64,000 bases of DNA from Antedon mediterranea (taxonomy: Eukaryota > Animalia > Echinodermata), in the NCBI RefSeq assembly GCF_964355755.1, contig NC_092673.1:12558948-12622947 (forward strand), in the 5' to 3' direction. Shown here in pieces: positions 36,332-50,150 of the stretch. Under the pieces are notes generated by a model, which saw only the letters and a list, made by a program, of their open reading frames with translations, did not search any database and was not told the DNA's origin. The first letter of the stretch is position 1, and the number at the start of each line of letters is the position of its first letter. A program made the position numbers and the translations under genes.

Positions 36332-37391
36332 ATATATATATATATTTGAAACGATAAAGCTTTATCGTTTCAAATTAATTAATTAAATTTCAGTATATCA
36401 CCGGGCGGTTTAGAATTAATGTTCTTTGCCTACTGTGTTTATATATATATATATATATAAACTCAACAGGCATAGAAATAGAAACAGCAACGCGAAAATC
36501 AAACGAGTAAATTTGAAAAGAAATAGGGTTTTTAAACTACTCGCATAAAAAAACTTGCACATTAAATCAAATTATGTTTTAAAATCACAAATTATAACTT
36601 TTGCCTCTTGTACAAAAATGATGTTTTTTGGACAAGTAGTTGTCGAGAAAATGCAATTTCAGTTCGTGCTAACACACAAACATACATACATACAAAGTAA
36701 ATACTATACTTAAGTAACAAACAAACACACGCTACCGATTACATATACCTCCTTGGCGGAGGTAAAAAATAAAAGTAAAATTGTATAAAATTAAATGGAA
36801 AAAAAATGTTTACTTATATTTACACACTTACAAAAACAAAATGAAAGTAAAATTGTATAAAATAAAAAATAAAACTCTTTGGTTATTATATCAAAATCCA
36901 TCAAGGTCCATCATCAATTTGGTAGGTATATCACAAACATTAATTCACCTGAAATAGCACCTGCGGCTTCGCCATTTCGATATTTCGATTTAGTGTTTGT
37001 GTCATCCAAGCCTCTACATAAGCTGTGTTGGCACACTGTCACTGCCAGCCACACAGGACAAACAAAAACAGCTTAGTGTTCTGGTGTTGAATGTTATTAA
37101 CACTAAATATACTAGTTTGAACACTAAGGAAAGAAGTTTTTATTTGTGTCTGTTGTCGTCCTCTCTCTACATCTACGAAGAAAATTAATAAATTTTTCTG
37201 CACAACTGTCTTTGACCAAAACAGTATTCAAAGAGGTCTCTAGCAAGCATTAGCAATAACAGCGGAGCCACTTTTTTACTGCTGTTAATGCATGGCTCTT
37301 AATTAAAGCGGATTCACCATCTGATGGTCCCTTTCCATGACGTGACCCAAATTAATTATGGTGGATGACGTAACCAAATTCTTCTTTTAAA

Positions 37392-37774
37392 TTATTATTA
37401 TTATTATTATTATTATTCTTTATTTCATATAAAACATCAAAAACATTAGACACCACCATGCCACAAGTTACCACTAGTGGCCAAAGGCCAGATTGTGGGT
37501 AACTTTTACATGCATGTACCTAGACCAATAAAAATATACAAAATTGAAACATACAAAATAAGAAATTATACAAAAATGAGTGAAAATCAGGCGTTAAGCA
37601 GGCGGATAAAATAAGGGATTGGGCTGTTACTGAAACGGGCGGTTCTGGATGGTAATTGTGAAATGTTATTACTATTACGGAGCAACCTCCCATGACTTTC
37701 AAACCGTGTCACCGGTAAAAGATCAGCAGAATGAACAGTCTGAGATATTCCCTTGGCAAATTTGAGACTGTGAG
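37392..37774 (-). mobile_element. 5'-truncated LINE 3' end inserted into the Sola2 ORF
   Basis: Peptide HGRLLRNSNNISQLPSRTARFSNSPIPYFIRLLN, a (TAA)n tail and TAAA at both junctions. Removing it restores Sola2 ...FASL|KEEFG. Confidence 0.75.
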
Positions 37775-40700
37775 TAAAGAAGCGAAGTCAGCTATGGGCC
37801 CTTTTGACTTGTATTGTGCCACATATCCGTCGGAAAACCGAACCATTGTGGAAACTGTGAGGTTTCGCTTCTGATTAAGAATGCACAGCCAATAACTGCA
37901 TATATGCATGTACAGCATCATGATCATGTTTGTTGTCATATACCACTGACTTCATAACTTGCTCAGCGCACCTCTCACATTTATAGTAGTTAACAACTGG
38001 GTGAATGGTCACTTGGTTGCGAGTCCAATAAGCAGATTGAGCCTCATCGTGGAAGAAACATGTGTAATTTTCTGCAAAATCCCACACGTTAAAAAAACCC
38101 AGCCGTCTGATAGATTTTGCTTAATGTGGGTAAACTCCTTTGCTTGCCACAACCAGTTGAATACATGCAATGCATGAGGCATCAATTGGGCTTTGAGTTC
38201 ATTGATGATCTCTTGTATGGTACCTTCTTTTATTATGAGGTACCTCTTCATGTTGGTACCATTGGCTTGTTTTACCAGATCCCACTTTTGCCATAATATG
38301 AGTTGAATAGCTTTTGATGAGGTACTCCTGCAAATTGAGTATCCAATTTATTTACTCCACAGTCCTTGCATGTACGCTATTTGGTGGAACAAAAACCCTT
38401 CTTCTTTAGGGCATAATGTCAAATCTAACGTTGATCGCACATCTTTTAACTTTACTGCAAGTTGCCTGTCTACTGCCACGACCATTAAGCAAAAGATTTC
38501 ACATTTCTCACAGACAGCCCCGGTAATTTACCTTTCTGATAGAACGAACGTTTGATGGCTTCAAGTTAAAGAATGTGGAGCGGCCGATCTTGATGTTGCT
38601 ATTCTGAGATTTGAATTTGTTATGCAGTTTCTTTATTGGTTGATTAAGAAACATTTGAGCCTCACCTGTTTTTTTTTTTTTTAATAATTTCTTATTAGGA
38701 ATTGTTTGTGCATTTTCTTTAAAAAACTGCTGAACAGCTACAACAGTTTCAGTTGACAGTGTTGGTCTACCTCTTTTTTCATAATTTTTCTTACTTATTC
38801 GTTTTCTGTTAATTCGTAAGCAGACGTTTGGCCTTAAGTTGGTGTAATAAAACTGTTTTAGATCCAGATTTTAGATGGTCGGTTCTGTCTCAAGTTCCCG
38901 TTGTTTTTTGTTTACTTTTAAGCCCCTACGTTCAAGGACTGCCGACTTCCCATGTCTTCTACCAATTCTGCATAATGGTCAGGATTGGCTGGAAAGGAAC
39001 TTCTAATTCTTGAAAATCTTTTTCGTCTTGCCGATTCTGAAGATTGATGTGGTTGTGAAGTGCTGGTAGTTGAATCTATGTGCTTTTCTTCATTCTCTTC
39101 TTGTGATTTAATTATATTTGATTTATTAGCCATTTTGTTCAATTTATAGGTCTCCCTTCTTTTGGCATTATATTAACTTTTTTCTTTTGATAATCTTTCC
39201 CTTTGTCTTCGCTTTTTCTCTCTTGCTTTCTCTCTAATTATCTCTTTCTTTTCCTGTTCACTTCTCGTCATTCTTCTTCCATGTAAAGCTTGGTTGGCCT
39301 GTTTCTTCGCCTTTACATTTTCTCTGTATAGCTTTTGACGGATCGCAGCAAGCTTGTTGCTCTTCACTCTGTAAATTTGGCTTCTCAAAATATCAGATTT
39401 CCTGGTGTAATCATAACTTATCAGATCTTTTAGTTTTAGCTTCTCTCTGCGACTCAAATGGTTCTCTTGAATTACTGCTGGAGTTTCGACAATGCGCATA
39501 CTTCTAATTTGTAAGTTGAATTTTAGCGGAGACATTACTAATGAATTGATGATGAAATAAAATGATCAATTTTAAAATATATTTACCTGAAAATGATTGA
39601 CTTTTGAGAACCAGAACGCTGCAAAAACAAAATTATATTGATAAATGTACACTCATTAATCTTAATTTTCCATTAGTATTTATAATATTTAAAAATGCAA
39701 TACAGCCAGTGTTGGCTGTTCCATTGATTTTTGGACTTAAAGCTATGATTTTGTATAATATGAAGTACGATCTAATCAGGGAGTTGTACAACTCTCTGAT
39801 CTAATAACATAACAATAACATTATTAAATTCACTCACAGTACAGCCAGTGTAGTTTGAATTCTGTAAATTCGACTGTTTTATTTTTGGAGGGGACAGAAA
39901 TAGATTTGGACTTTACTAAATATTATTTAAAATTTAATTACATATAATAACAAATTTATAGACCTGTATATTGTTTTTAATATAACATACTATATAGACA
40001 TAATAATTAAGTTATTAAAATCATTCACAAAATACTTTTAAGGTCATGTTCTTCCTATACAAAAATGGACTATTCCATTATTGGAAACAAACTACAGTAT
40101 CAAATTCGCGTCCCTGACTATGTTGGTAAATCAAGTTCTGAAATTAAAAACATTTTCGTTCAATAAGACAATCATGTTAATTTCTACGATAAAACAGCAA
40201 TACTCTGAAGTACTAGAATCTAGTACTAGACAAATTATGGTTGTAAAAGTTCTTAAAATCATTTAAAATTGAACAAATAACGATGATTCTTTGATTTAGG
40301 TAACATTTAGGATGTGACTTTGTTTGTTACGAAAGTATTATATGTTTAAAAAAACAAAAAACAGAGACAATGACTTGGCATATAACTTATACACAGATTA
40401 AAAATGAATTAAATTTGTTTTTATATTTCGTCTGTAATGTTGATATATTGCAAATGTTACCAATGCCTTTATTTGTCACAACTTTTATTCCAAAAATATG
40501 GGGACACAATATATTAAACAAATGGTAATTATTGTCTTATCTGATAATTTAGGTACTAAACATGGTAGAATATGGATATGTAAATATTTCTTATGTAGGC
40601 ATAAACATACATTAACATTTATTGTATGTGAAAAATCATAGTAGACCCATATTTTACAGAATGACATATATACATTGCAAAATTCATCCATCCGCAACAT

Positions 40701-41842
40701 TTTAATAGTAGTTTTATGGTGTTTATTTCAGTTAAAAGTATTGATACCACAATTTTAATTTTTTTAAACTGTATGCAATACATCATAAACAAATATTTTG
40801 AAACTTTTGGTGAAAATATCATATTCCAAAATATTGTAACGTTTTTCTGTCTCTACTGCGTACTACGACGTACATGCGTTTCTCGGGTCCCTTTTCTAGC
40901 TCGGTAGCAATCTCGTTCGTTAGGCCTAAAGCCTGGCTAGACTTTATAAAGTTAAAGACAAGATGCTCGGCTTATCGGAAGGAGTATGCTCCTTCTAATA
41001 AACAGACCAGGCTAGGCTAGACCATCGGAAAAGTCCCACAACCCAGTCTATTCTACTGAGAGATGGGAAGTTTAATCTCGCTAGGCTAGTCTATCATCGT
41101 GTTCTCAGGCTTCTCTCCCTCAGTTGCTCGCTGTAGGCCTACTGTACACCCGTACGTACACTAAATTCAATAATTATTGTTAGGTAAAGAGGGTTTATGT
41201 TTATGACAGGTAGCGTCAGGTTTGGCGACTGTGATATCCCATCGGCTTCACGTACAATGTAAATAGATAAATGATAAAAGTACAAGTAGTTTAAATTCTC
41301 ATGAGCTGTATGGCCTTTTATACTGATTATAAATAGAAGATATGACACAATTACAAATACAAATTATGGGATGGATGGTACAAGAACTTCCCGTACGTCC
41401 CTCTCGCTTGGAATCAAAACGAAGAGTGCCAGAGACCTAGTAGGTCCCTGTATAAGTTGTTTACCACAATTTAGCGCGTAGTTAAATTACACGCACAGAA
41501 AAAGAACCAATCAGAAATTAGTCTTATTTGGCCTGCTACATTATAGCAATAGGTAGAAAATAAATGATTTGGACTATACCAAATTCAGTTTATATTGATT
41601 ATACTGAACATTATATTGATGAGATTTTTCGTAGGAACAGGACAGACATTTTTGTTAAGGACGGGACCATGCATCTTGTTAACATTTTCCCAGGAAATAT
41701 ATTGTAGTTAACTTTTTATTGTTCATAATCAAGTATTTTATTAAAATTGTTTATTAATTTTATACTTTCATTTCAAAATTCATAATTGTTACTTCTTAGA
41801 CATTCGTTTGGGGTTTTTTCCTCACTTGTGTTTACTTAAGTA

Positions 41843-42804
41843 CAGTTGACCTTCTCATTTACGTACCCCTTGGTCTGAGAGGCGTTCGTAAATGAAAAAG
41901 TTCGTAAATGAGAAGGTTCGGAAAAAAGCGCCCTCTATTAAATCAGTGGTAAAAACATGTCCAAACAAAATGCCCTATGTACAACTTACTGTGTATAGTA
42001 CACTATAAAGAGAACAAACAGTATTAAAAATACAGTATAAAACAATTAGATTTAACATGTAAATTAACACCTTATATGCCAAAAAGATTGATATTTCTGC
42101 TTTTTGTTATGTTACACACATTCTCTGTACCAAAATTCCATCGTTTACTTTTTATTGTGCATATTTGACACAAACTGTAATTTACGAACTTGTTCCTAAA
42201 GTAATAATATCAAATCCGTTCTGGACCGCAAATATTTACATTTTTAAGCTACTATGTATGTGTGGTGTTTGTTGACAGCAAGTAAAATGGAATTTCCAGA
42301 AAAATGGCTACGCGACGACTGACAACAAAGTTTTAAAATGTTAATAAATAAGAGTATAAAGTGTTTTTTTATATCGTAACCACATGCACAAACCAAACTA
42401 AATTGATAGTATGGTCATCGTAGCTAGACTTTTTTGCAGTTCGCGATCAACCTTTGTTTTTTTCAAAAACACGTGCAGGGTGCTCTCCATGCATGCACTC
42501 CAGCAGTGGGGATGATGATCTCTAGCTTAGGCCTAGACTAAACGGCCTAGGCCTAGCCAAACGGCCTAGCTAACGGCCTAGGAATAGACAACTTTTAAAC
42601 TAGAAATAAATCGTGGATCGTTTTTAATAAGCTTTGCTTTATTTATGAAATAATTGTTTTGGGGTAGTTTAATAAATTAAGAAGATAATAAATTAGTAGG
42701 TACGTAAAAGTTTTATTAATATTACTGATGACGTCATCGTTCGAACGGCGTTCGTAAAATAGAAGGTTCGTGATTGAGAAGTGTGTAAATGAGAAGGTCG
42801 ACTG
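41843..42804. mobile_element. pogo/Tigger-like MITE
   Basis: TIR CAGTYGACCTTCTCATTTAC, TA TSD and GTTCGTAAATGAGAA subterminal repeats. Confidence 0.88.
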
Positions 42805-44628
42805 TAAATCTTAATTTTCAACTCCTAAGGATACTAAATTGGAATAGATTTTAACAAGGTTTTTCACGCTGCTGCTCTAGCCCGCTACGTCCCATCAGAA
42901 GCTAAAGCAAGCAGCAGTTATAGTTCTAAGGATGACAGTTTTGCGAAAATGGAAACTCCACTATAATTTATTGATTCCATCTGCTACAGTAGACCCAAAA
43001 AAAAGTCTGGGAGAAGAGTCTATTAGGACATGTCATGCTAAAATTACAAATTCCAAAGCATTTCTGGTATATTCACTGTCAGATATTCATTGAATTATTA
43101 TCGAAACAGTCCATTAAAGTTTGTGTTTGTAATAGGATACTTCACACTTGAAATATATAGGGTGATGAAGTGACCCCCAGACTTGACCATAGCAATAAAA
43201 TTAACTAAAGTGACAGAAATTGAGTATTCACTTCTGTAACAAAAAAATAATATTTATTCACATATAAAAAGAGAAAAGAAACCCCAAAACCATTGTCTGA
43301 CAGACAATTTAAATATTTGTTGCTTTAAATTACATTTTTTCCAGGTATAATAACTATTATGTGACAATAAAATGATGACACATTCAAAAACATTTGAAAT
43401 AAACAATATTTTTCAATAAGCGAGCAGCGTTTTTTGTAAGAAATATTTCTTGTTATAACTTGTATTTGTTATTAAAAAAACATTACTATCAAAATTTATT
43501 GAATGTTATGGATGGGATGTCATTATTTTAAGAATTAAATGTTAGAAATGTCCCGTCCCTAACATATAAATCATATTTATTAATACATTTTCTGGTAAAA
43601 TTTTATAATTAACATTCAGTTCTAAAACAACTATGGGGCAACAAAATAATACAAAACAAATTTTAAAATCTCTTTTAAATAAGGAGATATATTACAACAG
43701 TAAACCTTCTAATAAAAGTAATCCATTTGCCGTCCCATCCGCAACGCATACAATTTTCATAATAAACTTTTTTTGTACAGTTTATTTTCTTTTTTTGACT
43801 TTCATAATTAACATTGGTCATATATGTATACATTTATTCTACTTTGAATCTAGTATTCTTTTTTATTTCTAGTTGTATTCTAAAAAATGTCCCGTCCTAT
43901 GCCCCAAAAATGAAGATAATAAAATCAGACTTTGAATAGGCCATTTTGTAGTTTTAACAATGTTTTTAAATCACTTCCGAAATCACAAAACCTCGAAATA
44001 TATGCTTTCACTTTAATAAAATGACAAAATAAACAGTTAACTTCAACCAAAAACCCATTGACTGGTGGCAGCCAATTAGCCTATTTTAACTCTAAATTAC
44101 AGTTTATTTTTCCCCTCCAGTTTTTCGTCAAAGTGAATAACTATTAGGGAGTTTTCGCAATCTTACGAATACGATAACGAAAACGGATACGTCACACATT
44201 TCTGAAACTGTGACATTAAAATTGCATATTCATATTCAGAGGGACATTACATCTTCAGGGGGACATTACAAGAGGTAGAGCATTATTTTTTTTCAATGTT
44301 TTGATTTTGAATCTGTTGACGCGTTAATTTGATTTATTGCTGCATCATTAACAGCATATTTGACTGACCCCATCAGAATCCATCTTCATTTTTAAAAATT
44401 CCATGGTAGTACCTGCTCTGCTTTTTTTTGCATTTACCTCTCTGTTTAAGAAAAATGTATGCACAGGAATAATATTGTGCAATTCTTTTTTATGCACAAT
44501 AAATTATCGAATAAATGTGAATGACAGATTTAATTATGGACCGCTCAGATTGGGAAAAATGGGCAACATGATGTCATTTACATTATGTAAACAGATAGAA
44601 ATGTTTTGTATACGTACTGCTTACCATA

Positions 44629-45886
44629 CAGTACAGAAAAAAAATACTGCAACTTTACCTACGAAGTCTTCAAAGATAGAACGTAGGCTACGTAGGTTCC
44701 ATTGTTTGGCTTCGTAACCTCAATAAACAACTTTCAATAAGATACGTTCTGAACTTCGTAAGGAGTTCGTAACCTAAATAAACAACCCTATGATGTTCTT
44801 AGTGAAGTAAGAAGGTGTGAATGTGTTACATTTAACTGGCGGATTACCAAGTTGTAAATTACTAAAAAATAAATAATATTTTTTAATCGTAATCTTTTCC
44901 TTCATGCGTGTTTAAATACTCCCTGGCAAATACAAATATAAATTTCCCACGATGTAAACGTAGAGACACGATCCAACACAGGTGAACCTCAAAGAACAGG
45001 CCAACTAATTAACATAATATAGCAAACGTCCAGTCCATCCAGAAACGATGCCGAGAAAAAACATTGTAAACAATTCATTCTAAATATAGTATCAGAACGT
45101 TCAATCGGTCGCTCAAAAACACTGCCGATAGAAGACCGTAATTAATACAGACCTAGTTTTTTTGTCACATGGCATGAAACGCGATACTCTCCGCATTACC
45201 GCATAGCAATCTTTCACATGTTTTTTTAAAAACTCAGTACGAGAGGGTGGCTGCCGTCTGACGACGATAATAAGATCGTGTACCTGGATTTTGTGTCACA
45301 TGACATGAAACATAATACTCTCTCTAAAACTGTTCACATGTTTTTTCCCCTCAAAATTCTGGTCGGGCCTTTTTCTTTACACATGTCGTAATCATTTTAA
45401 AAGGCAATGTTAAATCTTAATATGGAATATATATTTATTTTGCATATATTTTGTTGGTGTCTTAGCCTAGATGTCATTTTTATAATTCGCTAACCCAAGG
45501 TAGGATTAAATAATTTATAGTGTAGGCCCCCAAAACTAGGCTAGCCTCGACTCTCTCTGCGCGCGTGAGCTGAGGTCCATGGACTTGATGTCGCCTCGTC
45601 GGCGGATTTCCGTCCAAATTAGGATAACCGATGCGTAGGGCGGCTACAAAATTTGACTAGCAAACAATACATTGTTTGTTTGCATTGTTCATGCTTCTAA
45701 AGGCGATGAAAATGGTGTTTACTAACCCTACGAACCGCCCTACAATCGACTTGTAGATAATTATCAGAACAATACATCGTAGGCACTTTGTAGGCTATGT
45801 TCAGAGAACAATGATCTACAATCTACCTACACGTAGGCTATGAAAGGTTACGCGTAGATACGAAGCAGTAATTTCTTTCTGTACTG
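44629..45886. mobile_element. EnSpm/CACTA-like non-autonomous element
   Basis: Termini CAGTACAGAAAAAAAATACTGC / GCAGTAATTTCTTTCTGTACTG, 2-bp TSD TA, and subterminal CGTAGG/TACGAAG repeats. Confidence 0.65.
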
Positions 45887-46034
45887 TACTACTACTAATA
45901 TTGCACTATGAGATCAAGTTTTAATTACATCATCTTGGTTCAACATGTTTGTCTTGTATTGCTTTACTTTTCAAAAAATAGATTAAATATGTCATCAAGC
46001 TCAAGTTACCTTGATTTAGTCTGAAATTTCTCTA

Positions 46035-46880
46035 ATGAGCGCTTCCTTAGCTCTTCACCTTCAGCTCGTGCACAAGCTGCGGCTACATCTCCACTCTCTG
46101 ATCTTATATTTAAGGCATCCCCTGACTTACCGCAAATTTTCTATAGCAGTTTCTATTTCTGATAATGCTGGTGGAGCGATACCAGACCCTCTTAACTCAT
46201 TATTCAAATTTGCCTTCAACCTGTCCTTTTTTTTTTTTTTTTTTTTTTTTATTTATTTGGAATTACACCTTTAGATCGGTGGCACACTTAGCACAAAGGT
46301 GCATCCTTCACAATATAAAATATAACAATTAACAGAAAAGTAAAAAAAGGCAAAAGCAACTATCAACCCCTATCCTACCCCCCCCCCCCCCAATTTACAT
46401 CGATACATACAGTAGTTCATTACTTTACACAATGAATACAAAACAAGATATAGTAAAAGTGTATAAAATAAAATAAAATCAACTGATAAACACAGCTTAT
46501 TACGAAATCTCCCCCCCCCCCTACTTTTTTTCAATTTACTTAATGTAGCAATGTAGATAACATAGTTATTGAGTCATGGAATTTAGTGAATCATTTCGAA
46601 ATTTCCATGCTTGTTTTAGGTATCTTTTACAAAAACTATCCAAAATATTTTCACACTCTTCATCAATTAAATTATTATTGTCCTTTAATAGATTTCATCT
46701 ATCCCTCACATTTCTTCCATCTAAATTGAAGTCAAAAGATGGTGAAAGATTGTTTGCAACGTCTTTTCATACTTTTCCACTTTGCTGCATTCTTTCCCTA
46801 AACTGAAAAGGATCCAGTATAATCATCTTCTTCACTAGCTGGTCATCCTTTTCTGCAGACAACTTTTTGGTCGAAGATAG
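46035..46880 (-). pseudogene. Myb/SANT-like protein relic (Harbinger accessory ORF-like)
   Basis: After removing the 46230-46678 insert it reads DPFQFRERMQQSGKV*KDVANNL...GRNVRDR*NLLKD|RLKANLNNELRGSGIAPPALSEIETAIENL. Confidence 0.6.
46230..46678 (-). mobile_element. Poly(A)-tailed LINE 3' fragment
   Basis: AATAAA and poly(A) on the minus strand (T-run 46227-46250), with TSD TGTCCTTT at 46222-29 and 46679-86. Confidence 0.7.
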
Positions 46881-47482
46881 TTTGTTGGCTAAAATAAGAT
46901 TTAAAAAAGTATATAATATCAATCAATAACACTATAGATTAAAAGTATTGTCATTAATGTTGTTATAGCTCATTAGTATATTATAGGCTAGGCCTCAAAC
47001 CAAGTCTAGTTATAACCAAGGTAGACAGGACTGGACAGGAAAAATGACGGGTATGACCTAGGCTAGTAGAAGTAGGACCGGGTTGCCATAAAAGCTTTGT
47101 GTCCAGCTAGGGTCTACTACTAGCATAGTACTAATACTAGGCCACTAGTACCTAGGTGGCCTACACTTAGAGGTTAGCCTAATGCTAGCTAGGCTAGATA
47201 GGGCGCAGGCCCTATCTAGGACTCCCAGGCCTAGTAGTAGGCCTAGTAGTAAGTAGTATATAGGCCTTAGACTTAGGCAAGGTTGGAGTAAACTGTAGCC
47301 AACCCAATACCAACAATTAAATCTACGGAACTCGACATGGATTGTGAAGCTCTACCTGTAGTGTTGCCGTTCAAACTGATTATGTCTTTTGTTAATGTGA
47401 ACCATCTCCAGTCAACCAAATCAGTCCTATAATTACAAAGACAGTACTGCATGATCATTGCTATGGAAATGAAACGGAGACA

Positions 47483-47830
47483 GTGCCGTTATACAATCCG
47501 CCGTCATCTAATCTGCCATCGTCTAATCCGCCATCATCTGATTCAGAAGAAAATACATCATCTGATTTTTCATCAAGTGACAGTCACATCAATGTCGAAA
47601 TAAAAGACAAGAAGTATGTTGTGTTTGAAGAGAATCTCAACACTATAAAACAACATGCTCAATATCTCAAACTCTATTAACAAGTGAGTTCAAGGCACTG
47701 CTGTGGTTGCAAAATTACAATGCCTAAATGGTCATGAATGGACCTCGCAGTCGCAGCCAATAATTGGCAACATGCCGGCAAGGAATTTACTGTCAGCCGC
47801 TTCCATTTTATTTAGTGACATTACAATGAT
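47483..47830 (+). pseudogene. Kolobok-like transposase N-terminal fragment
   Basis: KKYVVFEENL...GTAVVAKLQCLNGHEWTSQSQP...RNLLSAASILFS resembles the KY.VFE / C..GH...SQP / NLL..A.ILFS region recalled from Kolobok transposases. Confidence 0.55.
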
Positions 47831-49859
47831 AAGCAAATTAACATTTAATCAAATAAAAATGTTAAAAAGAAATCTTCATTACTTAATTTTCTGATATTCT
47901 GTTTAAAAAATTATAATATAGTGTATATTATAAAATTATGAAATTTCTTATCGGAGGGTGCGTGTGCGTCAAATGGAATTGTTTTCCCAATGTATTGAAT
48001 TGCTTGTGTTCGATCGGATCGGCGGTGGTGGGAGGATAAGCTAGGAGTGCATGTAATTTTTTTTTATTGAGGCGGGGGTGGTGCGACTTTAATACTTTCA
48101 GTGACCTCCGATCGAGGAACGTTTTTAGCTTGATTATTAAAAGTGTACACCCCTGTATTTTAATGTACGTAACTATCTATACCATGATTTACGACGCACA
48201 CGGCGGCCGGGACGATATTGTTTTGGTTTACACAAATATGTTCGATGTTTTGTCTACTGTGTATTATGCGTTTAGGGAAATCCCTTGCAACGAAGTCAGG
48301 CGATAGTTTTGCGTCTCGTCTGAATCGTGTAAACAAATCTTCTTGACATTATTTTCTATCTACTTCAGTGGTTTTTATTGCGGTAAAACTCGGGAAGGGC
48401 ACTCACGGCCAACGCAAAAAAGGGCAGGCCAGTAGTGGCCGTGGGTGCTGTTCATTTTCGAGGGCATTGAGTCCAACTGGGAGGGCACCAACGGCACGGG
48501 CCGCGGTAAAATTCGAGGCCTGTACGTAACCGACGAAAGAGTAAATCATCCATAGAGAGTCGATTAATTCAGTGTGATATTGAAAATATCATTGATATTT
48601 ATTTTTTAATACACATAACATTTTTACAAGAAAAACAATACAATCGATCACTGTTTTATTTACAATATACAAGTTACCGCATTTTAGACGATTCAGACAA
48701 CAGTTAATACTAGAGATCGAAAGAGAGACATGGCAGTAACAAAACACATGTTTACATCTCTCGGCGGCGGCCGGTGAAAGCGCGTCTCAGTTGTTATAAC
48801 ACTTTTTTGTTACAGTCTTTTGTTTCTTGGCTTGTGGTCATGTCAGGTGTCTCGTATGCATTAGGCGGCTCTTTATGCATGCCGCGCCTCAGCTCGAGAA
48901 AGTACCTGCCTGTTATTAATCTATTTTTAGATTGGTTGTGGTTGATATTTTTAAGCGTCACGGATAAGGTTTTAAGCGTCACGGCTGACCGTAAAGCGTC
49001 ACGGTAGAGAACCCAAGCGTCACGGTACCGTGACACTTCAAAGGCCTGGGAAGAACACTGGGCTTAAACTACACTCTATAGCCAAAATGGCTAAAGTCAA
49101 ATTTTTTTATTTAGCCAAATGAATCGGTTTATAGCCAAAATTTAAAATTTTTGAAATATAGTGGTAAAAACATTTTAGTCAATTTATCTATCTCAACAGG
49201 TCTATACACTGTTTCCTGAACATTTTTGTAAGGCATTGAGATAAAGAACCATGCCTAAATCACTGTATGATTAAAAAATATATTTTTGTTTGTATTTTTT
49301 TTACATGATCAAAACAATTGTTCAAATTGTTTTTAATCATACAGCATTCATACAGTTATCAATTTAATAAGAAACATTTTACAGTTTTCTGAAATCCCCT
49401 GAACGCTATGTTACTTTTGTTTTTTACGCTTGGCTGGTCATGTTTGCGTGTGACGGCTTCCATGGCGTACCAGGCGAAAATCGTGTCCTAGAAAAATTAA
49501 TGTTTTTAAATTGGGTATGCTCAAGAGGTGCGAAAGTGCAGAACCGCCGGCCTAGGCCTATAAAATTATGTACAACAACGCAACGGTATATCGTATGCTA
49601 AAAATATTGAGGAAGATTCATAGCAAATGAACACTCGTATCGTTGTTAAACGTAAGATAATATAGACCAAAGCACAGAGTAGCCTACACGTCTTTCCATC
49701 CCTCAAGGCTGCGCCGAAGCGTTTCTGTCGATACGGGTTGGGTAGGTTTGGCCAGTATGCGTACCTTTTTTTGGTCAGCGGGCGTCCCGGATATTGCGCA
49801 ATATGGCCAGCGGGCGTCCAATTATTGCGCAATATTTTTTCAATGGCAGCAACAAACAA

Positions 49860-49988
49860 AATAAGATGATTAGGGGTAATTGGGTAATCATCTTTGGGGT
49901 CAAATGATACATCAGTTAAAGGTCGGGAATTCAAGATTGACTCTACTTCTGTAAACACAGTAGTCAACACCTCTTCATTCACGGTCAT
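49860..49988 (-). pseudogene. BEL/Pao LTR retrotransposon integrase fragment
   Basis: [21 protein letters not shown]...PITPNHLI. Confidence 0.85.
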
Positions 49989-50150
49989 ACTGTATAGCGC
50001 CGCTACAGTTACAAAATGGCATTTATCTTAAAAGTTATTTACAGGAGTATTAATATTAGTGATTGCATAACTAATGTATGAAATTGGACCTTTCGATTAG
50101 GTTTGTACTGGTTTCCACATCCATCTGAAAATTGATATATTTTCTTTAAT

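Larger units (their letters stand above)
34749..36764. mobile_element. Helentron/DINE-like non-autonomous element (HINE)
   Basis: Subterminal IR TACCTCCGCC (34773-82) pairs with GGCGGAGGTA (36755-64), with a terminal hairpin TACCTCC-TTGGC-GGAGGTA. It is inserted in an A-run with no TSD. A second copy of the terminus is at 34159-34177. Confidence 0.6.
34200..39535 (-). pseudogene. Sola2-like DDD transposase pseudogene, spliced and interrupted
   Basis: Motifs WDFAENY..EAQSAYW..QVTIHP (38087-37990), FSDGYVAQYKS (~37830), FGSRHGKGPSDG (~37340), a CFCLSC finger (~37065), a C-terminal exon with YSWP (~34350) and a basic N-terminal region (39173-39535). Many frameshifts. Confidence 0.75.

Noticed and set aside
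48090-49060. Complete hAT MITEs
   Set aside because: Only right-end-like TIRs were found, with no matching left ends or TSDs.
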